Shown: positions 27,101 to 40,243 of the stretch, piece after piece
Position numbering within the stretch: the stretch's first letter is position 1
Layout of the letters: the number at the start of each line of letters is the position of its first letter
Assembly (NCBI GenBank): GCA_050273025.1
Contig: CP158635.1
Location: 5,270,001 to 5,334,000 of the forward strand
DNA from: Cenococcum geophilum
Taxonomy: Eukaryota
Direction of reading: 5' to 3'
DNA: 64,000 nucleotides
Translations under genes and position numbers: made by a program
Notes under the pieces: model-generated
Database searches by the model: none
Seen by the model: only the letters and a program-made list of their open reading frames with translations
What the model was told of the DNA's origin: nothing

Positions 27101-30085
27101 ATATATCCTTTAAGAAACATGCGGCTTAGAAGGAGGTTAAGAAGTTAATAACTTAGAGTACTGGCTTACCGCTAAGATATATAACGTTGACGATAATATA
27201 GAAGTTAAAGTTGTAGTCATCTTTAAGAGTAAACTTAAATCGGCTAGGGGACTTCTGGTTTATTTTGTAGTAATAGTAGTATTTTATAAGATGCTTAATT
27301 GTCTTAACCTTAACTTTATAGCCTACTCGCTAAAAAAACCCTAAGTAATTAATAAACGGATAGGTGGCTAAAATAATGGTATAGTTGGCGTAACTCTAAC
27401 TTAGTTAAGTAGCTCTAAGCAATGCTTTTTTCTGGTTATTAAAGGAGCAACTAAGGGTAACCCTATTTATGTATAACAGGCACCCGATTATCTCCCTATA
27501 TAAGTATATTCTTAAGGTTATTAAGCTTAACACCTAATTTATTTATATCCCTAATATAGAATAGAAATAGGGTATTTGCGGGAATAATATAGAAAGTAAT
27601 ATATCCTAAGGGGGTTTAGACCCTAATCGTGCTGAGAGAGATTATAGTACCTTTATTAAAACGAATTATATGTTAGCCTACCGTTAAATAGTTAATCTAA
27701 ATAGAGCTATTAAGCTACTAAAGGGCTTAAACTTAAGGTTCTCCTACTGTAAATACTCCTATGGCTTTAGTGTCTGGTATAATACTATAGAAGACGTTCG
27801 CCGAGTATTTGTTATTAAAGGAAAACATAGAACTCTCCTTTGGCTTATTAAAGATATCTAACTTTATAATAGAGTGGAGCGTAGATTGGTTATTAAGGAT
27901 AGTAATAGTTTATGTGCCATTTACCTTACTATACTTAGTAAAGTATTGGTTAGGTAAGTAGTCCTTAATTTCTATATCTATAAGGAGCTATTCGGCCTTA
28001 TTAACCTTACCCTTAAGATCTTTTACGCCTTTATATTAAACCAGGAAGCTTTAAAAGTAGGCTATAGTAACCTTATAATTTCCGACGTTTCTTATACTTT
28101 GGCGAAACTTATTATATACCTCCTTTTGTTTATTAAGAGAATGCCTAGTTAACTAGCAATTCGGTTTCTTATAAACGTAGCACTTCTTTTAGCGATTACT
28201 TTGGAATAAACCTCTATAAGGATCTCCATAATTGCCTTATAGTTGGCGTTAATTATACCCTTTACTATATTCCCTACTACGGCTACTATATATTTGGTTA
28301 GTCTAGTTATAATTATATTAGTCGGGAATACTTAGTTAGGTAGGGTTTTCGGTATAGAACTGTTAAGATTCTTATATTTATATTATAGTACCTATAATGG
28401 AGCGTAGCTCGGTATATACTCCTTTAAACGTATCTATAGGTTTATATAGCGCTAGATTGCACTTAGGAATGCTATAGTAGGCTAAGATAACCTAGTTCCT
28501 TAGGCTGTTCTTATTTTAGTAAGTTTCGGTAAGGCTATATTAGATTTTTTAGAGTTTATTAAAGAGTAGTTAAAGGCACTCTAAATGAGTCTTTATTAAG
28601 TTAGAAGCGATAACTCTTTAAAATATAGTCTCCTGTTATTCGGATATATAAAGCTAGTAATTCTTATTAATTTTAAAGTGGGCTCTAATAAGCTAAAGTA
28701 TTATATTAAAGCTATAGTTTCTACCTATAATATAGTTATAATAAAATATCGCTGTCCGTCCCTTTAATATAATAGAGAAAGCGTAATAGTACTAGTGGCC
28801 TTAAATTCTAACTTTATTATAACAGTTATAAAAGATCTATAGTTTTATTCTAAGTATATTGTACAGTTCTCCTTTAAACTTCTTCTCTTTGTCTAAATAT
28901 ACCTTTATTAGATTCGTAACTTCTTATAGTAAAGGCTCGCCGGTTAGCTGGGATAGAGGAGTTAGAGGTAGTAGAGGAGGTAGAGGAAAAGCACCTCTAG
29001 GTAAAAGGGCACCTTTTAGTGGGAGAGCACCTCTAGGTAGGGGATTAGCGTTCTAAGGGTTTTAATATAAATTAAAGTTGCCTTTTAAAGAATATAGGTT
29101 AGTTTTAGGTTTCCGTAGTTAACGTATAATCTTAGCTTCTGTCTATACTGGTTCTTCTATACTAATAATAACGGCCTAAATATTACTAGCAATTAGGTTA
29201 CTGTTCTTAGTAACGTATACCCTATTTCTATAGAGGAAGTCTTAAAAATTCTAAATAATATTAATGTTACTAAGTGCCTAGGTATCAGCAGTCCATCCTA
29301 TAAAATCCTTCCTAAAATACTCCTATAGTTATAAATCGGCGTAGTATCTATTTCGGTAGAATATAATATAGTGTAGGAGAAAGCCGTTAACCCGTTTTGC
29401 GGTATAAGTTATTATATTAAAGGCGAATTTGTCCTAATCTTTATTAATAAGTTTTGCGTATTTAGCTACCTATAGTAATAAAGAGTCTTTTTGGTTATTT
29501 AGAGTAGCTATGTTTTTAGAGGAAGGGATATATTATCGGTATAGGGATTATTGTTTAGTACGCGTTTGTGACAAGAATCTATAATTATAGGGCTTAGGAC
29601 TAGTTCTGGCCTTAAATTATAAGGACTTATAAAGCGTATTATTCTGCGTAATAGACGCAAGAATCTATAATCTGGGAAAGGCTTAGGACTAGTTCTAGCC
29701 TTTTAGATCCTTAGATTTGTAGAAGAGTTCTATTTAAGGTTTAGGACTAGTTCTAACCTTAAAAGACAGCTTCCTTTAGCACGAGTAGTACTGGTATAGT
29801 GGCTTGTCTCTTTTTAGTGGAATACCTAGCTATTCTGTGGTATAACAGTGAAGTTAACTACTAATTAGTGTTAGTTTCATAAGGTGATATTATATAGCTA
29901 TGGTTCGTAGATAGTATAATAATTATTGTTCTTATCTCTTTATAAGGGAGGGCGAGGAGCTTAAGGCTCCTCGCCACGCTAGTGCCGCGGCGATACGTGA
30001 CGGCAACTTGCCGCACGTAACGGCAACTTGCTATACGTGACGGCAATATGCCTTATATGGTGACTACTTACCTTTATTCCCAATA
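24105..30085 (-). mobile_element. Copia (GalEa-like) LTR retrotransposon D, full length, RIP-degraded
   Basis: 217-bp LTRs at 24105-24321 and 29869-30085 with internal 20-bp tandem repeats. TSD AGAAC at 24100-24104 and 30086-30090. ACTAATTAGT at 29860-29869. Knuckle KCYVYKKPNC*LTRH (~28141-28190). RT remnant MQTNNIIIL (QTDD after reversion; ORF 25383-25568). Confidence 0.93.
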
Positions 30086-31579
30086 AGAACCCTCTCTAAT
30101 ATTATATAATCTCCTTAAAGAAATAGAGTTACTTTATAGAAAGACTAAAGGAAATTATAAATCATATAAAGATATATTTATTTACTTATTAAAAGGAGAT
30201 TATCTTTTAAGAAATCGTCCTTATAGTACTTTATGTAGAGTAGCCTAGCCTTTACCTTATCCTCTAAAGCTATATATAGCATAAGAAACTAGCTATTCCA
30301 CTTTATATAATTATTAAAAGGAATTATTTTACTAGCGTATTTAATAAACTATATTATATAGTTATAAAGCTTCTCCATTGGCCCTATAATATTTTTTTTA
30401 AAATATTTTTTACCTCTTTTATACTTTTTATCTAATACTAGCTCTAATTCTTTATCCTTCTTTTTTCTCTTATCTTTTATTTTAACTAGCTATAGTGCTT
30501 ATTATATAACTTCTTCCTCTTCCTCTTCTTCTTTTTTATTCTATTCTTTATCCTCTTTATTATATAAGTTTATAACCCACTTATCCTTCTTTAAACTAAA
30601 TAGAAAGGCCTAAATAATAAGATTAATAACATGTCCTTAATAGCGAATTCTTTAATATATTATAATCTAGTTAATTTTATACTTAAGGATAAGCTATTAG
30701 CTAATTATATAATAAAGAATATTGTTTAATCTAGCATTATTACTAATAATAGCTCTAATATTTGTTTTAATGCTATACTTAATAAGTACCAGACGAAGCG
30801 CCTCCTATTAATCTATACTATTTTAGCTAAATATTATATAAAGGGCGATTAAGGGATTCTAGTATTTATTTTAGATATTAATAAAGCTAGTACAGATTTT
30901 AAGAAGAAAGGTATAATATAGAGAGGTCTAGATGTCTACGGCAAGGTAAATATTTATCTTTATAGATTAAAGTACTCTTTATATAATATCTTAACTTTTA
31001 GTAAAGTGTTTAAAAATCTAGGCTATAATCGTTAAGTAGTATATAGGGATAATTAAGGGTGCTTCTTAATTTAATACTTTTATAAAAGCATAAAACTCTA
31101 GCCATTCTATATATAATAATTAGATCTAGAAGTACTTGCTTTATAGTATTTTAATATACTATACGCTTTAGAACCTTACCCTTAAGATCTTAAACTTCTT
31201 CTTTTATTAAAAGCTTTTAATATAGTTCTAAAAGAGATCTCTCTCCCTAATATTTTACTATTATGCGCTCCTAATTCTCTACTTAGCTCTATTTAATATT
31301 ATATTTTTTAAGATAGTCTTATTGTCGGTATCACCCGGGGGGGTACTGCAATTGCAATATAAGGTAACAGGTTCTTTAATTCATTCGTGTCTATTGCAGA
31401 GGATCATAAGGATCGCGGTGCCTAAATAGGGGGCTGATAAGTCACCGTAAGGATAACTAATCAGAGACATAACCACGTAACCTCTACTTATACAGACACT
31501 AGCGACATTTATAAAAAGGAAAGAAGGTATAAAAGTATAAAGGAGAAGTATATAGGTCAACAGGTGCTCAGGGCAGTAA

Positions 31580-31730
31580 TCGCGAATATCTCAGGTATTG
31601 CGAATATTACGGATATTGCAGACGTTGCGGATATTGTTACGGATATTGCGGATATCGCTACGGATATTGCGAATATCGCTACGGATATTGCGGATATTGC
31701 GGATATCGTAAACATTCGGATATTGCGGTA
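31580..31730. repeat. 9-12-bp tandem repeat (gcggatatt) inside element E
   Basis: Repeated gcggatatt/gcgaatatc/acggatatt units. Confidence 0.85.
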
Positions 31731-32257
31731 GAGACAGGTAGACGCGTATAAGGTGTTACCGGGGTGTCCATAGGGGAAAACAGGTGGAAGGGCTGATAAC
31801 CAAGCATTGTATATCGTTGTTCCTCCTCCTCCTAGGTCTAGTTGCTGTTGTCGGGTAAATTACAATAGGGTATACTGCTATCGGCTAGGTTACCAAGGGT
31901 CGTACTACTACTGCTGGGCAGGCTGTTAGGATACAAATGCAACAGGTGTTTAAGGTATTACAGGGGTATTTATAGAGGGAGCTATAACATTTATGGAGGG
32001 AACCGTGACGTTTGCAGAGGGAGCCGTAACGTTTATAGAAGTAGCTGTAACATTCGTAGGCAAGTGGAGCTCGGTTATAGGAGGAAGGTCATTTAAGACA
32101 GCTGTAACGTTTATAGGCAGGGGGAGCTCGGCCGTAGGAGGAAGGTCATTTAAGACAGCTGGGGCTAAGTTATACTGTCGCTGGGCAGGTTACGGAGGTT
32201 CGTATAAGCTTGGCTGCTGTAGATCCTTAGCTTTAGTTAAGGGAGAGGGTAAAGCTA

Positions 32258-32497
32258 GCGGAGCTTGCACGGGCGGAGCTTGCGCGGATAGGGCTTATAT
32301 AGATAGGGCTTGCGTAGGCGGAGCTTGCGTAGACAGAGATTACACGGACGAAGCTTGTTTGGACGGAGCTTGCGCGGGCGGAGCTTATGTGGACGGAGCT
32401 TGCGTGGACGGAGCTTGTGCGGGCAGAGCTTGTGCGGATAGAGCAGCTTGCTTGGACAGAGCTTGCGCGGACAAGGCTTATGTGGGCGGAGCTTACT
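32258..32497 (-). repeat. 15-bp tandem repeat (about 16 units) encoding QAPPA/QALSA-type pentapeptides in the gag frame of element E
   Basis: Units like ggagcttgcgcgggc. The minus strand translates as QAPST/QALPA/QALSK in the frame that continues from the gag homology. Confidence 0.85.
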
Positions 32498-35400
32498 GGG
32501 GTATAGATGCAACAGGTGGTTGAGGTATCCTAGGGGTGGTGGCAAGTGGGCGTAATTTGAGACGATAGTTGATAGCATACGAATTAAAGGGTCCTTCGTT
32601 GTCGATATATAGCTTAATTTCTGCATCTAACCATTCCGTACGGTCGTCCTCGTAAGCAACGTCATACAGTGCTTGTGGTACTGACTTGCTCTTTTTATTA
32701 AAGACCCATACTCCATTACATCGGAGCAGTTGTTTAAGTCTTTTGATTACAGACCTATCAGCTTCCTTAAATATTTATACCTCAAAATTATCAAAGTCCT
32801 CTTGGTATGAATCCCATAGGGTTTTATCCTTAAAGTTATAGCTAGTATACTTATTAATTTTGAAGTAAATGTAATTGGTAATATCCTCTGCAGTAGTCTC
32901 GCTGGTTAGGGTGATTCCGTTGGCCCAGTTCGGACGTTGGGTTCTTATGTCGAACATAATTGGCTAGCGTAGGTCGTAGTTTAGGTCGTAGTGTAGGTCG
33001 TGGTGTAGGTAGGGGTGTAGGTAGGGGTGCTGCTGACGCTGCTGGGTGTACTGGCGCTCAGTAAAGAGGTCGTACTGGGTATTGATTTGCGTGGTGGACG
33101 CGAACCGAACGAAGCCTTGGTAGGAGTCGGTTCTTCTTAGCAAACGCGACGTGATCGACGGGCCTTAGTAGGAGCGATCGCGTGTTGTCTCTCGTGGTAG
33201 ATTTTGCGTGATGGACGCGAACCGAACGAAGCCTTGGAGGAGTCGGTTCTTTGAGTTCCTAGGGCCTATACAGGAAGGGTTCTCCTTAGCAAACACAACG
33301 TGGTCGACGGGCCTTGGTAGGAGCGATCGCGTGGTGCCTCTCTTCGTAATAACACCTGGCTGATCTGTGATATCAACTAATTAGTGTCGGTATCACCCGG
33401 GGGGGTACTGCAATTGCAATATAAGGTAATAGGTTCTTTGATTCATTCGTGTCTATTGCAGAGGATCGTAAGGATCGCGGTGCCTAAATAGGGGGCTGAT
33501 GAGTCACCGTAAGGATGACTAATCAGAGACATGACCACGTAACCTCTACTCGTACAGACACTTATAATCTAATGGTTAAGAAATAGTATCCTTTTAGGTC
33601 TTAAGGAGGATAGTATTTATAAAAGTAGCGTTTCTTTATATAAGCTTTTTCTTCCTTTATTACCATATAAGTATATTTATAAATTAAGGAGACTTATCTT
33701 AAGGTCTATATTATATAAGTAGTTAGAATTTAACCAGTATTAGCTTCGGTTTTAACGCCGCTTAAAAAAGTAAAAAGTGTATTAACTTTAAAGGAATTAT
33801 TATTATTAAAGTTTTTAGAGTAAATTTTACTAGTACTAACTATATTTATAGCGTTATATAATAGTAACAAAATATTTAGTTTTAGAGTTAAAATTCTGTG
33901 GATGCTAAGCCTTATTTAGATATTATCCAATATCCGGGCTATCCTTGGATAGGATTATTATCCGCCCGACTAGATAGGATAATTTATCCTCCGCAAGCCT
34001 ATATAGTAGCTCCACGTCATATATAGGCCACCCCACTCAAATTTCACAATTTTAAATGCTAATACTACTTATAAAAAAATTATAACTTAACCAATATAGA
34101 TCCAATCGAGCTCGCGTTTTGGGACGTAAAGCTTATAGATTCTCTAGATATTTCTACCGCCGCTAGGAACCGTAGGTGCAACGGAAGTACTTTATCTTAC
34201 CGCTAGAATAAAAAACGGGTACTAAGGAAGATGCCGCGATTAATAAACGTCTACTTACTCCCGGGTAAAAGCGTATGCTTATTAACTATATAAATAAGCT
34301 AACCCTTTATGGGCTTCCTTTTACGAATATAATAGTGCGAAATTTGGCTTCTAGCTTGTTAAAAAGATACCTAGAAGAGTACTAGGTAAGGCGTTTTATT
34401 AAACTGTATAAGAATATAATTAAATTAAGTTATCTACTACTACTTAATAAGGCACGGAAACATGCTAATTGGGCCTTATATTACAGCCTTTACTTTAAGC
34501 TTTTTGGCTAGAAAATAAAGCATTATAATATTCTACTTAAGAATATATATAATATAGATAAAAAGGACTTCCTTATACGCAAACTTAATAAAGGCCGAAG
34601 AATCTATATATAACGTATATTTAAGTTAGGAAGAATACTATTTAATATAGAATATAAATAGAGAGTGGGTTACTATAGTAGTAACTATCTATATAGATAG
34701 AACGGCACTTCCTTCTAGACTTATTTATTAGGCTTATAATAAAGCCTTATAGAAAATACTACGGTAAACTTATTAATAGGCTGGGTATATATATATAACT
34801 AGCAGAGTAAGTTGCCTAATAGATTAACTCTAATTATATTCTAAGATTTACTATAAAGAAGAGAACTATTTAGGTAGGGACTATAGTCCTTTAAATATAG
34901 GGAAGCGGTAGAGGGACACCCCCTAATTAATATGCTGACACCCCCCAATTAATATACGGACACCCCCCATTAATTAAGTTTAGTTCCTTCCTAATTAAGT
35001 TAGAATATCACGTAAATTTAAGTTATTTGCATCTACATCAGTTGCGACCATCGCGCGCCTATACCTAAAACATTACCTCGCATTTGCCCTACCTCTACTG
35101 TAACCGACTATCGGACCTTGCATATTACCCTGTTTTACCTACGTCAGCACTACCCTTATATGTCTCGGATACGTTTAATATAAGTCATGGGCTCCGGAGT
35201 TAGGGGTCTACTTTTATGTATTTATACCACTTAATTTCTATAGATTTACAATTAAGTTACTTGTTTAATTCCTATATACTGCAAAGCTTATAGTTATAAG
35301 CCCGGCCTACCTACCATACTGCATCTAATCTGTATATTTAGCGCTTACTAAGCAATTAATTGCTACCTCATTTAAGAAGTTACTACTTCTTCCACCTTTA

Positions 35401-36242
35401 TAAGTGTTTTAAGCTTCTTCTAGGTACCTCTCTTATACTTATAATTACCTTTATTTACTAAACGGACGGACGATCGAATATTAATTATATTAAATATCGA
35501 TTAAACCAAACCGAATCTAACCGTACGAACCCGACCGTACGAGCCTAACCTCCTTTAACCCAGATATACAACTATTTAACAGAGTCAACCTATCTACTAC
35601 AGTGTAATGACCTTATATGGCGTCCAAGTAAGAGCCTAGCTAGCGTAATAGCCCGAGTATAGAGCTAGAGCGAGATGCTAGAGTATAGAGCTAGAGTAAG
35701 ATACCAGAGCACTATAACGGAGCCTTATAGCAAGAACTACGGTGGACTCGTTAATGGGCTAGGTATGTAGGTATTGCAAGTAAGTTAATAACATAATAAT
35801 AACTGGTAGAGTAGTTGCCTAATAGATTAACTCTAATTGTATTCTAAGAATTACTATAAGGAAGAAACTATCTAGGTAGGGACTAAGGGTCCTTAAATAT
35901 ATAACCGTACTTCTATAAAATCCTCCTTATACGTAATATACGTGTTATACGTATTATATATAGGCGTATACCGCATATACTATATATACTGCGTATAACA
36001 TTATATAACTCGCTTACTATTTCTTATTATATGGTTTTATGGGTTCTATCCTAAACCGTACCTATATTAACTAACTAGCTTCTTCTAACTCTTCTCTAAG
36101 TAGTTATAATATTGTACTTAAAGCGTCCGTAATACTATCTCCCTCCTCTCTATCTTTATCCTTAAAGATACCTAGTATCTCTAAGTTGTTTACTAGAGGT
36201 ATAATATCTATCTAATTAATTTAGTTAATATCGTTACTTATA

Positions 36243-36950
36243 ATGCCTAAAGCCTCTTCTTTCTTATAAGTGTAACGTCGTGCCCGTACTGTTGCTGTAA
36301 TACTATTACTTAGTAAAATAATGCCATCTCTATATTCTCGTTGTTTAAAGGCGGGGTTGGTGTATATCGCGATGGCGAATCCTTTGTTTTAATAACCCTC
36401 TTTTTATTTAGAGTGCACTAAAGCAAACGTTTAATTGTCCTGCGATGTTTGTTCTACTTCTAACGCTAAATATACGCGTTCTATAACTCTTAATAGTCTC
36501 TAAGTTTCTTAAGTAATTTATTATAGGGTCTCGTGTTTAATTTGCTGCTATAAAACTTAATAGTAAACTGTCCATCGCCTTGGCGGAACTTCGTCGTTTA
36601 TGTGATGCTAAGAAGGAGGCTGCTAACGCTTAGTAACGGGCTCTTAATTCTCGTCTTACTGCGTCTACTTAGTTAATTTATCTTAAGAAAGTTCGCGAGA
36701 AGGTTTATTCTAAGGAGTGGAAACTTATAAAATAAGGTTTATAGGAACTTAGTAATAAAAAAACGGATTCCCTTTTAATAGAGAAGGAAATAACTCTAAG
36801 TAGTTCAGCAGTCGCTCTTCCTAGGTTCCCCTTAGGTGACTTATTCTTTGGTGATTCCCCTTTATTAATATTGCCTAACCTTTTCTCTTTTAATACTCCT
36901 GTACCTTTTCTATAGCGTTCTTTAGGTTCTCTAGTAGCTCCTAGGTAGTC
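36243..36950 (+). pseudogene. Antisense Zn(II)2Cys6-like/coiled-coil ORF of Gypsy I (best-preserved copy), probable intron ~36472-36526
   Basis: ATG at 36243: MPKASSFL*V*RRARTVAVILLLSKIMPSLYSRCLKAGLVYIAMANPLF**PSFYLECTKANV*LSCDV. All stops are TAA/TAG, as RIP would produce. Confidence 0.7.
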
Positions 36951-39900
36951 TTATTATAGCCTATCTACCTTACTTTATACTATATTTTATCGTCTATGTC
37001 CTTATAACTAATAATCTTTAAAACTTACTATTTGTTTTCCTCTTGTCCTCTATATATATCTACTTTATAAACCGGTAGCTTAATATTCCCGTATACTAGC
37101 TCTAGTATTATAATATACTATATAGGGTAGATCTTTATTCTAGCTAGTAGATTTAACTTAAATGTAATTAATAAAATTCTTTATATAATTTCGAAAGGTC
37201 CTAGTCTAATATAGTCTAACTTCTTGCTTAGTCGTTAACTCTTAAAATTTTTATATAGTAGCTATACTTTATCTCCCTCTTTAAGATCTGGTCCCTTAGA
37301 TCTCTTAGTATTATAGTACCTTTTTATCCTTTACTATACCACCTTAGCTATTTCCGTAAGGTCTATATAAAGATTTATTAAACTCTTTATTCTTTACTTA
37401 GCTGTGCTACTTGTCTTTTTTACTTATTATAGCGATAATAAGGTCCTTAGCTTATATCTATAATTTGCCTTAAATAGTAACGTGCCCATTCCTTCTTATG
37501 GTGTTATATTATATATAAACTATATAACTAGTAATAGTAATACCCAATTGTTCTATATATAATTAATATAATACCTTAGATACTATTCTAGTGTCTAATT
37601 TAATCTTTCTGTTTAACCGTCTGTTTATAGATAATATACGGTAAAAGTTGCTACTTAAACTCCTTACTCTGCTAAAAACACTTTCTAAAATACTACTATA
37701 AATCTTGGATCTCTATCTAATATAATCTTACTTAGTGCTCTATATCTTATAAACACTTCCTTAATATAGATTCTAGCAATATCTTCCGCTAATATTTCCT
37801 CTAAATATGCTATAAAGTATCCCTACTTTATAAGCTTATTTACTATTACTAAGATTATGTTATAATCTTATCTAATAATAGGATCTCTTAACTTTGGTAA
37901 CTTAATAATAAAGTCCTATAATATAACTTTCTATGGTCTTTCTGGTATTTTAATAGGTTGTAGCTCTCTATATAGCCTATACCTTATTAGTTTATTCCTT
38001 TAGTAATTTAGATATTCTTTTATAACTTGCCTAGCTAGTCCCTAGATTCTATTAATAATATACTCCTCTTAAAGTCTTAACACTAAGCCTGTAGCTCTGT
38101 TGTGTCCTTAAGTTGGTCCTCTATAAAATAACTTAATAAACTCCTTTATAATAGATCTTGGTATATACGTTGCTTTTTAATTTTTATACTGCTCTAAGTC
38201 TAGATTCTCTATTTATATATCTAGGATCTTTTATATCTAATTACTCTCTAGTAATTTATAGATCTCCTCTTCTTATATTACTATAATCTTTAGATAATTA
38301 TACCTAATTAATCTATCTATATCCTTTTGCAATAAAGCCCCTAATAGCTTTTTATTATTTTATAGTTTAGCCTTTCTACTTAGAGTATCCACTTGTGTAT
38401 TTTTTATACCCTTAGTATGCTAAATCTTAAAATAGTATTTTGTAAGTATCTCCGCCTATCTAACCTATCTATAATTAAGTTTTTTTGTTATTAGGAACCC
38501 TATAAGGTTTTTATAATCTGTCTTAACTATAAAGAGTTTCTTTATACCTTATAAGAACGATCTCTATTCCTTTAGTACTGTAACTATACCTAATAACTCT
38601 TTATTATAGATGTTATAGTTTAGTTCCGGTAGTATTATCTTTCGACTATAGTATGCTATTAGGTGCCATCTATCCTTATATTTCTATAGAAAGCACGCTT
38701 TTAGTGTATAGTTTGATGCATCTGTTTTAACCACTATCTCTAACTATAGCTAATAGATTTTAAGAACTGGCTCCTAGGTAAATAACTGTTTAATTTTTTT
38801 AAATAGTCCCTTTTATTTCTCTCCCTATGCCTATAGTTCTTCCTTCTTTATTAATCTTATAAATAGCTTAATGTCCTTTAACTATTAAGCTATAACCCTT
38901 TTGCAGTAGTTGCAGAACCCTAGAAATAACCTTAACTATATTATATTTTCCAGTTCTTGCCAATTCACTATAGCTTTAATCTTCTTTAGATCTATACTAA
39001 GTTAGCCTAGTTTAATAATAAATTTAATAAAATCTGTCTTCCTAGTGAAGAATTCGCATTTTTTAATTACTACTAGCATCTATTCTTCTTATAGTCTCTT
39101 TAAGACCTATTTAATATATTTTCTATATTCTTCCTTACTTATTAAGTAGATAATATTATTATTAAGGTATACTAACAAATTCATCTAAGTGCTCTCTTAA
39201 TATATTATTAATACGCTTCTAAAATATTGCTAGTACGTTTATAAGCCCGAATTGTATAACTAGTAGTTTGTATAGTCCTTCCTTTAACCTAAAGGCTGCC
39301 TTCTATTTATTACTTTCCTTAATTCTGATTTAATGGTACGCCTATCTTAAATCTATCTTTATAAAGATTTGCGCGTTATTAATCCTATCTTAGATTTTGC
39401 TAATTAAGGGTAAAGGATACCTATCCTTCCTAATAATGCTGTTTAACTATTTGTAGTTAATATATAGCCTAAGTTTTCTATTCTTCTTTAGTACGAATAG
39501 TACTAGATATCCTGCTAATAACTATAATAGTCTAATATATCCCTTTTAAAGGTTTTCTTAGATAAACTCTTTAAGTGCCTATAACTCCTTTTCTATTAAC
39601 TTATAGGTTAGGTAGAACCTTAAACTCATTCCTAGTTCTAACTCTATCTTATAGTCCCATACTATATAATCTAATAGCTTTTTACTTTCTAGTAACTATA
39701 GCCTCTTACTATACTTATGGTATCTCTTTAGTATATAACTTAATCCTTAATTAGTCTCCTTATATATTGCTCTAACTTAGTACTATACTAACTTGGTTTA
39801 TTATTATATCTTACGTCATTATATATCTCTAATATTAACTTAACCTATAACCCAATTAATCCTTAAATTATATTCCTATAACTAAGGCATTTCTAATACT

Positions 39901-40243
39901 GCCTTATTATTCCCTAATAGTAATATATTAAAAGACATCTTAACTTATCTCCCCTTAATAGTTATCTAAATTAGTCCTATTTTAAGATTAATAATGCCTC
40001 CTCTATAGGCTATTAGATCTCCTAAAATTATTACTAATAAATAAGGGTGCTCCTTTTGCCTATATGGTAGCCCTATCCTTTTAACTACTATTAGTGAGAT
40101 GTGGTTTTATATTACTTTACTATCTACTAATGCTTTAAACTGTTAATCTTGCCAATTAATTCTTAGATTTAGGTATCGCCCTTAAATTCCCTTAAGGGTC
40201 TAAGGCTCTACTACTAGCTCCCTCTGGTCCTATAGGCCTCTAC

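Larger units (their letters stand above)
31323..33560 (-). mobile_element. Non-autonomous gag-only Copia (GalEa-like) element E
   Basis: 176-bp LTRs (TG...CA) at 31323-31498 and 33385-33560, 8 differences by my count, all transitions. TSD CTTAT at 31318-31322 and 33561-33565. ACTAATTAGT at 33376-33385. Gag N-terminus (MFDIRTQRPNWANG...LWDSYQEDF) resembles that of Copia C. No pol. Confidence 0.9.
792..34001 (-). mobile_element. hAT DNA transposon, RIP-degraded, split into ~792-1515, 23985-24104, 30091-31322 and 33566-34001
   Basis: Minus-strand remnants read as hAT motifs after reverting RIP: IISNNA (GDNA-like, ~30740), RY*GHVINLII*AFLF (CxxH, ~30600-30645), KWNS*FLML (TRWNS, ~30290) and IPRISNKLKRVF...LECVKD* (dimerisation domain, ~910-1030). 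Probable 5' terminus TAGGCTTGCGG at 34001 with subterminal ATCC/GGAT repeats. The other terminus was not found, so the left boundary is approximate. Confidence 0.8.

Noticed and set aside
31993..32523. 176-aa Cys/Gly/Ala-repeat ORF on the plus strand (and the 123-aa KLRP ORF on the minus strand)
   Set aside because: These are alternative frames of the 15-bp tandem repeat in element E. The gag-continuous frame gives QAPxx.
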